DNA of 64,000 nucleotides from an uncultured Dehalococcoidia bacterium (GTDB lineage Bacteria; Chloroflexota; Dehalococcoidia; Tepidiformales; Tepidiformaceae): NCBI GenBank assembly GCA_938015525.1, contig CALLPC010000025.1, positions 28,340 to 92,339 of the forward strand, read 5' to 3'. Shown piece by piece: positions 60,431 to 64,000 of this stretch (position 1 is its first letter; each line of letters starts with the position of its first letter). The notes under the pieces were generated by a model. It saw only the letters and a program-made list of their open reading frames with translations, ran no database searches and was not told where the DNA came from. The position numbers and the translations under genes were made by a program.

Positions 60431-63277
60431 TTACCGCCTCGCTGTCCGCCCGCCTGGCCCGGGCCTCGGAGGCCTGCCGAGTGTAGGACCCCTTGCGTCC
60501 CGCGTTGGCTCGCCGAGCAGACATGCCCGTATCGTGTCGATGAGCAGCCTCGGGCCCGCAAAGGCACGGGCCACCCACCGGTTGCCGGCACCATCGGCAG
60601 CCCTGGTCACCCGCTGAGACGCTGCGTGCCCGATGTACCCCGTGTTCACCACCACGAGGTCGACCGAGCCCGAGGCACGGTCCACGGCGCGGCCCCCCTG
60701 CTTCGCCGAATCCGGGTCCAGCCAGTCGACCTCCAGCCCCAGCGCCTCCAGCTCAGGCTGGGCCTTCGCCTGGAGGCTGGGGTGCCCGCCGACGATGAGC
60801 ACCGACTTACCTCGCAGGCGCTCCGAATCCACCGGTCTGGTGGCCGGCTCCCCGAGAAGCTTCTTGAGTCCCTCACCGCCCGCCTCCCAAAGCATCGGGA
60901 ACGAGGCCGCGATGAGCCGGAAGTCCTCGACCCGGCTCGAATCCTTGCGGAACCCCTCGACCGCCCGCTCGACCAGCCCCTCGGCAGACTGTCCTCGCTC
61001 GAGGGCCCACTCCAGCCCCGCCAGGAGCGCCCGCTCCCGCAACGAGGGGAAGGTGTCCGGTGTCGAAAACTCCTCGCACAAGTTCGGGATCTCACCATCC
61101 CGCCCCTGCCGCAGCAGCTCCCGCACCAGCCGCAGGAACGCCTGGTCCGCGTCCCGGTCGTGCGTCTTATCCTTCGCCGCTTTCAGCGCCAGCCGGAAGA
61201 GCATCAGCCGCTGCTCACCGTCCATCGCTTCCGCCCCCGCGATGCGCTCGTCCTCCACCCCATCGGCGATCCGGTTCAGCGTGTTGTCCCCCCGCTGTGT
61301 CGCCGCTGCGAACTCCGCCGCCTCGAGCAGGTTCTGCACGTTGCCGATTCCCCACGCTTCCAGCGCCTCCGGCAGCACCTCGTCGATGATGGTGTCCGTC
61401 ACATGCCCGCTGTCCTGGGCCAGCACCTCCGAAAGGTGCTCCCAGCTATCGTCCAGCCGCACCCGCTTCAGGTACTCGAAGTACCCCTTGAAATCCCTCG
61501 CCAGCCCCCTCCCATCGCCTTCTGCGGCCAGCCGATACGCCGCCAGGAATTCGGCGTACCCCCGCAGCCGCTCCTCGCTCCCGATGAACCGCAGGAGCTC
61601 CCGGCGGAGGTCTCGTGACGCCCATTCACGGGGGCCACGCGCCACGATCGCCAGCGCCGCGACCGCCCCAACCGGCACGACCTCCTGGTGGCGCTCTTCT
61701 GCGGCCTTCAGGATTTCGACCGCCGCCGGCGCCACCCACGAAAAGTCGCCCGCGACCGTCGTCTTCTTCGGCCAGGAAAGCCCCCACCCGGCCACGTCCT
61801 CCGCCTCGTACAGGACCGTCGCCAGCAATACCAGCCCCAGCACCCGCGTATCCATCGCCACCGAAGCGTCCTGGACGAACTCGCTCAGCCGCTGCTCGTC
61901 CACCCGCTGACCCCGCCGCACCGTTCCCAAGAACTGCGCCAGCCGCACCAGCCCGTGCAGATTCGGCTCCCGGCGCGCGATCTCCGCGTCTTCCGCCAGC
62001 CCCGCGATGGCCTCACGCCCGGCCTCCCACCGGCTCTTCTCGATACCGTCGCCCCGGGTTTGCAATTCCCGCCAGAGCGCCCCGTAGGCATCGGCAAACT
62101 GGTGACCCTTCAGCCCGAGCGCACAAGCGAACTCCCGCCAGGCGACTGCCTTCAGGTGCCGCTCCGTCTCTGCCCGGAAATCCACATCGGCGCCCGTGTC
62201 GCCCGCCAGCGCCCGCCGCAGCCAGGTCAGCGCCTCCGACCACTGCTCATTGAGGAAGTACCAGAAACCCAGCAGCATGCGCAGCGCTGCCTGTTCTTCC
62301 TCCGCCGACTGCTGCAACCGTGCCTCAAGCGCCTGCCGCGCCGCTTCGTCGTGCTGGCTCCGCAGCCGGCCCAGCTCCGTTTTCCAGTCGAACGTCGCCG
62401 GAGTTCCCGCCGGCTGCTCCGGTTCACCGTCCCTCTCTGCCTCCGCGGCGGCACCGGTCACCGGTCGGCTCGCGGTCACCCCCGGGACGCGAAGTTCCCC
62501 CGCCTCGAGCAGCCCGACCAGCCGCTCCAACACCCCAGTCAGGCGGTCCATCCGCTCGAACAGCCCCTCCAGCCCCGCCGGGAAGCCCCCCGACGTAGCC
62601 GGCACGCCAGCCGCCGCGGTCTCCGCCTCCGGCCGTGACGCCCCCGTTCTTCTCCCATCTTGCGCCTCGGCGCCGGCCGCGCCGCCCCACGCCGGCTCCG
62701 TAACCCGCGCTCCAGCCGTCTCGCCCGCCGATTCAACCGTCTCCGCCGACCTCGCCGCCGCGGCATCTTCGGCCTCCGCCCGGCGCCGCTCCTCCTCGAT
62801 CCGGGCCTCCTCGTCCTGCCGCCACCGCTCGACGTCTCCGCCCTCCCGGAGGCGCAGGCGGTCGCCGAACCCCTCCTCCAGGATGCGCAGGGTGTAGACC
62901 GCCCGCGGCAGCCGCCACCGCTTCTCCTGCGGCATCCACCGGTACCCCGGCACCAGCTTCACCAGCTCCCGGTCCGCGAACGAGCACTGCACCGAGAACT
63001 CCTGCTCGAGCATCTCGAGTTCTGCGTCGGCCGTCGGCTGCTCGCGGCGTGCCGCCCGCGCGCCCATCGCCTCCTCACTCAGGCTCCCCGGCGCCTGCCA
63101 GCCCTCGGGCCCGAACAGCTCGTCCAGCAGAAGATAAGTGCCCTTTTGCCGCGGCAGCGAATAGCTCCGTCTCGCCGGGACCCACCGAGCCCCCGGGAAG
63201 TTCCGCAGCAGCACCCGCTCCGTCGCCTGCTGCGGCTCAGCGAGCAGCCGGTTCTCATCCGCCCGCACCGTGATCAT
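60431..63277 (-). CDS. large uncharacterised multidomain protein (duplicated N-terminal PGxRWxP...LPR module; helical/TPR-like centre; DUF2325-like C-terminus)
   Basis: 948 aa of non-low-complexity sequence with G-ending codon bias like other - strand genes. The internal repeat (residues 20-56 vs 102-138) shows 16/37 identities in an ungapped hand alignment. The C-terminal KSVLIVGGHPSLQ...VDLVVVNTGYIGHAAS...RWV matches my recollection of DUF2325. Confidence 0.75.
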   Translation of the reverse strand: MITVRADENRLLAEPQQATERVLLRNFPGARWVPARRSYSLPRQKGTYLLLDELFGPEGWQAPGSLSEEAMGARAARREQPTADAELEMLEQEFSVQCSFADRELVKLVPGYRWMPQEKRWRLPRAVYTLRILEEGFGDRLRLREGGDVERWRQDEEARIEEERRRAEAEDAAAARSAETVESAGETAGARVTEPAWGGAAGAEAQDGRRTGASRPEAETAAAGVPATSGGFPAGLEGLFERMDRLTGVLERLVGLLEAGELRVPGVTASRPVTGAAAEAERDGEPEQPAGTPATFDWKTELGRLRSQHDEAARQALEARLQQSAEEEQAALRMLLGFWYFLNEQWSEALTWLRRALAGDTGADVDFRAETERHLKAVAWREFACALGLKGHQFADAYGALWRELQTRGDGIEKSRWEAGREAIAGLAEDAEIARREPNLHGLVRLAQFLGTVRRGQRVDEQRLSEFVQDASVAMDTRVLGLVLLATVLYEAEDVAGWGLSWPKKTTVAGDFSWVAPAAVEILKAAEERHQEVVPVGAVAALAIVARGPREWASRDLRRELLRFIGSEERLRGYAEFLAAYRLAAEGDGRGLARDFKGYFEYLKRVRLDDSWEHLSEVLAQDSGHVTDTIIDEVLPEALEAWGIGNVQNLLEAAEFAAATQRGDNTLNRIADGVEDERIAGAEAMDGEQRLMLFRLALKAAKDKTHDRDADQAFLRLVRELLRQGRDGEIPNLCEEFSTPDTFPSLRERALLAGLEWALERGQSAEGLVERAVEGFRKDSSRVEDFRLIAASFPMLWEAGGEGLKKLLGEPATRPVDSERLRGKSVLIVGGHPSLQAKAQPELEALGLEVDWLDPDSAKQGGRAVDRASGSVDLVVVNTGYIGHAASQRVTRAADGAGNRWVARAFAGPRLLIDTIRACLLGEPTRDARGPTLGRPPRPGPGGRTARR

Positions 63278-63286
63278 GGCGGCGCA

Positions 63287-63292
63287 ACTCTA
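63287..63292 (-). promoter_or_regulatory. -10-like hexamer TAGAGT, 9 nt upstream of the 948-aa gene ATG
   Basis: The reverse complement of actcta (63287-63292) is TAGAGT. It is followed by tgcgccgcc and then ATG (63277-63275). Confidence 0.35.
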
Positions 63293-63548
63293 GCACGCCC
63301 GGGGGCGGTCCCGCGCATCACCCCGGGGACGTCTCCGGTTGCCGCCGGGGCGACAGCCGGTGGCCGCGGGGTGGACTTCTTACGCCGCTCTAATGGCCCC
63401 GCCTTGACACCCCGCAGTATCTTCACGTTGCGTCCACTGAAGTGGTCGAGCGGTGGACAGTACGGTTCGAACGGGTGGCCCGCGGGAGCCCCCGGGTTCG
63501 TTGGGGAGCGAGCCCGGCCCCGCCTGCCAGCCCGCAGGAAAGGCCGCG

Positions 63549-64000
63549 ATGACGCCCCGCCGCATCCTCGCACTCCTCGCCGCTCTCGCCGCCGCCGTCG
63601 CCGCTCTCACAGCCCTCCCGGCCGCTGCCCAAACCCCCTTCACCGTTTCCGTCCTCGCCGCCGCACCGGTTCAGCCCGGCCAGCAGGCCGCCGTCACCGT
63701 CCGCGTCGAAGGCCAGGTCACGGCCCTCCCCGGCTTCATCTACGACGTCCAGGGCGGCACCCTCGTCGGCGTGCTCGCCCCGACCCCCGTCGCTGCCGGC
63801 GTCGCCGAGGGCACCGTCTTCGTCCGCCGCGAAACCCCGGGCACCGCCCTCCTCGCCGTCTCCTTCGCCGGGCAGGTGCTCGCCGCTGCGAACATCACCT
63901 TCGCCGCCCCGGCCGGCACGATCCGCGTCGAAACCCTCCTCGATGCCGGCCCCGATGCCGCCGCCCGCACCTGGCGCTACCAGGTCATCGACCCCGCAGG
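63549..64000 (+). CDS. secreted hypothetical protein, N-terminal fragment (3' end outside the window)
   Basis: This ORF is not in the track because no stop is reached. The ATG at 63549 has AGGAAAGG upstream. Signal peptide MTPRRILALLAALAAAVAALTALPAAAQ. It has strong C-ending codon bias and is open to nt 64000. Confidence 0.7.
   Translation, partial: MTPRRILALLAALAAAVAALTALPAAAQTPFTVSVLAAAPVQPGQQAAVTVRVEGQVTALPGFIYDVQGGTLVGVLAPTPVAAGVAEGTVFVRRETPGTALLAVSFAGQVLAAANITFAAPAGTIRVETLLDAGPDAAARTWRYQVIDPA

Noticed and set aside
63460-63480. A tRNA-like T-loop sequence, GGTTCGAAC, in the long intergenic region.
   Set aside because: The flanking bases (tacGG / GGgtg) cannot form a T-stem, and no acceptor or anticodon arms can be drawn on either strand. 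GTTCGAAC is simply an 8-nt palindrome.
1-64000. Mobile genetic elements, prophage, integrons, toxin-antitoxin pairs or known defence systems.
   Set aside because: No integrase, transposase, recombinase, phage structural, Cas, restriction-modification or nuclease/ATPase defence-type genes were recognised. No terminal inverted repeats or tRNA-adjacent boundaries were found. The compositional style looks uniform across the window.

Overview
This is a very GC-rich (about 70% by eye, not computed), gene-dense bacterial chromosomal segment. I call 64 protein-coding genes, 32 on each strand. I found no rRNA or tRNA genes, no CRISPR array and no transposase, integrase or other mobile-element signature.

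Most content is housekeeping or metabolic:
- moeA; rfbA/rfbB plus two glycosyltransferases; folP; pyrE; hemW; dcd.
- A cbiM-PDGLE-cbiQ-cbiO ECF metal importer.
- yajC-secD-secF.
- Acyl-CoA carboxylase alpha and beta subunits, and two family III CoA-transferases.
- leuB, leuD and leuC.
- A family-5 ABC importer.

The ORF track counts ATG, GTG and TTG as starts and extends each ORF to the furthest upstream start. Many ORFs are therefore 5'-overextended. I trimmed them using homology-like N-termini, SD sequences, 4-nt ATGA/GTGA stop-start overlaps (about 15 junctions) and a recurrent -10-like hexamer.

The style (leaderless-type operon heads, compact coupled operons) fits a high-GC lineage such as Chloroflexota/Thermomicrobia-like or Actinomycetota. 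Taxonomy cannot be settled from the sequence alone.

Main items worth a second look:
1. A four-gene cassette at 9990-13909 (- strand): a PTPS/QueD homologue, a secreted adhesin-like protein with a C-terminal TM plus basic sorting-type tail, a short exosortase-family protein (Cys/Arg/His motifs) and a processive GT2 synthase. It looks like an XrtG-type system that carries its own candidate substrate.
2. A 1301-aa signal peptidase I whose first ~1090 residues are an acidic, Trp-studded, repeat-containing low-complexity extension. It is divergent from an ECF sigma / anti-sigma / SIMPL / ATLF-like protease module.
3. A 948-aa orphan multidomain protein (duplicated N-terminal module, helical/TPR-like middle, DUF2325-like C-terminus) at the head of the leuCD gene string.
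4. Window-wide C>G strand asymmetry strong enough that + and - strand genes use different synonymous codons.
5. A TAnnnT hexamer 6-9 nt upstream of at least 15 start codons.
6. Three phased GTTCAYC direct repeats (PHO-box-like) upstream of the ABC importer.
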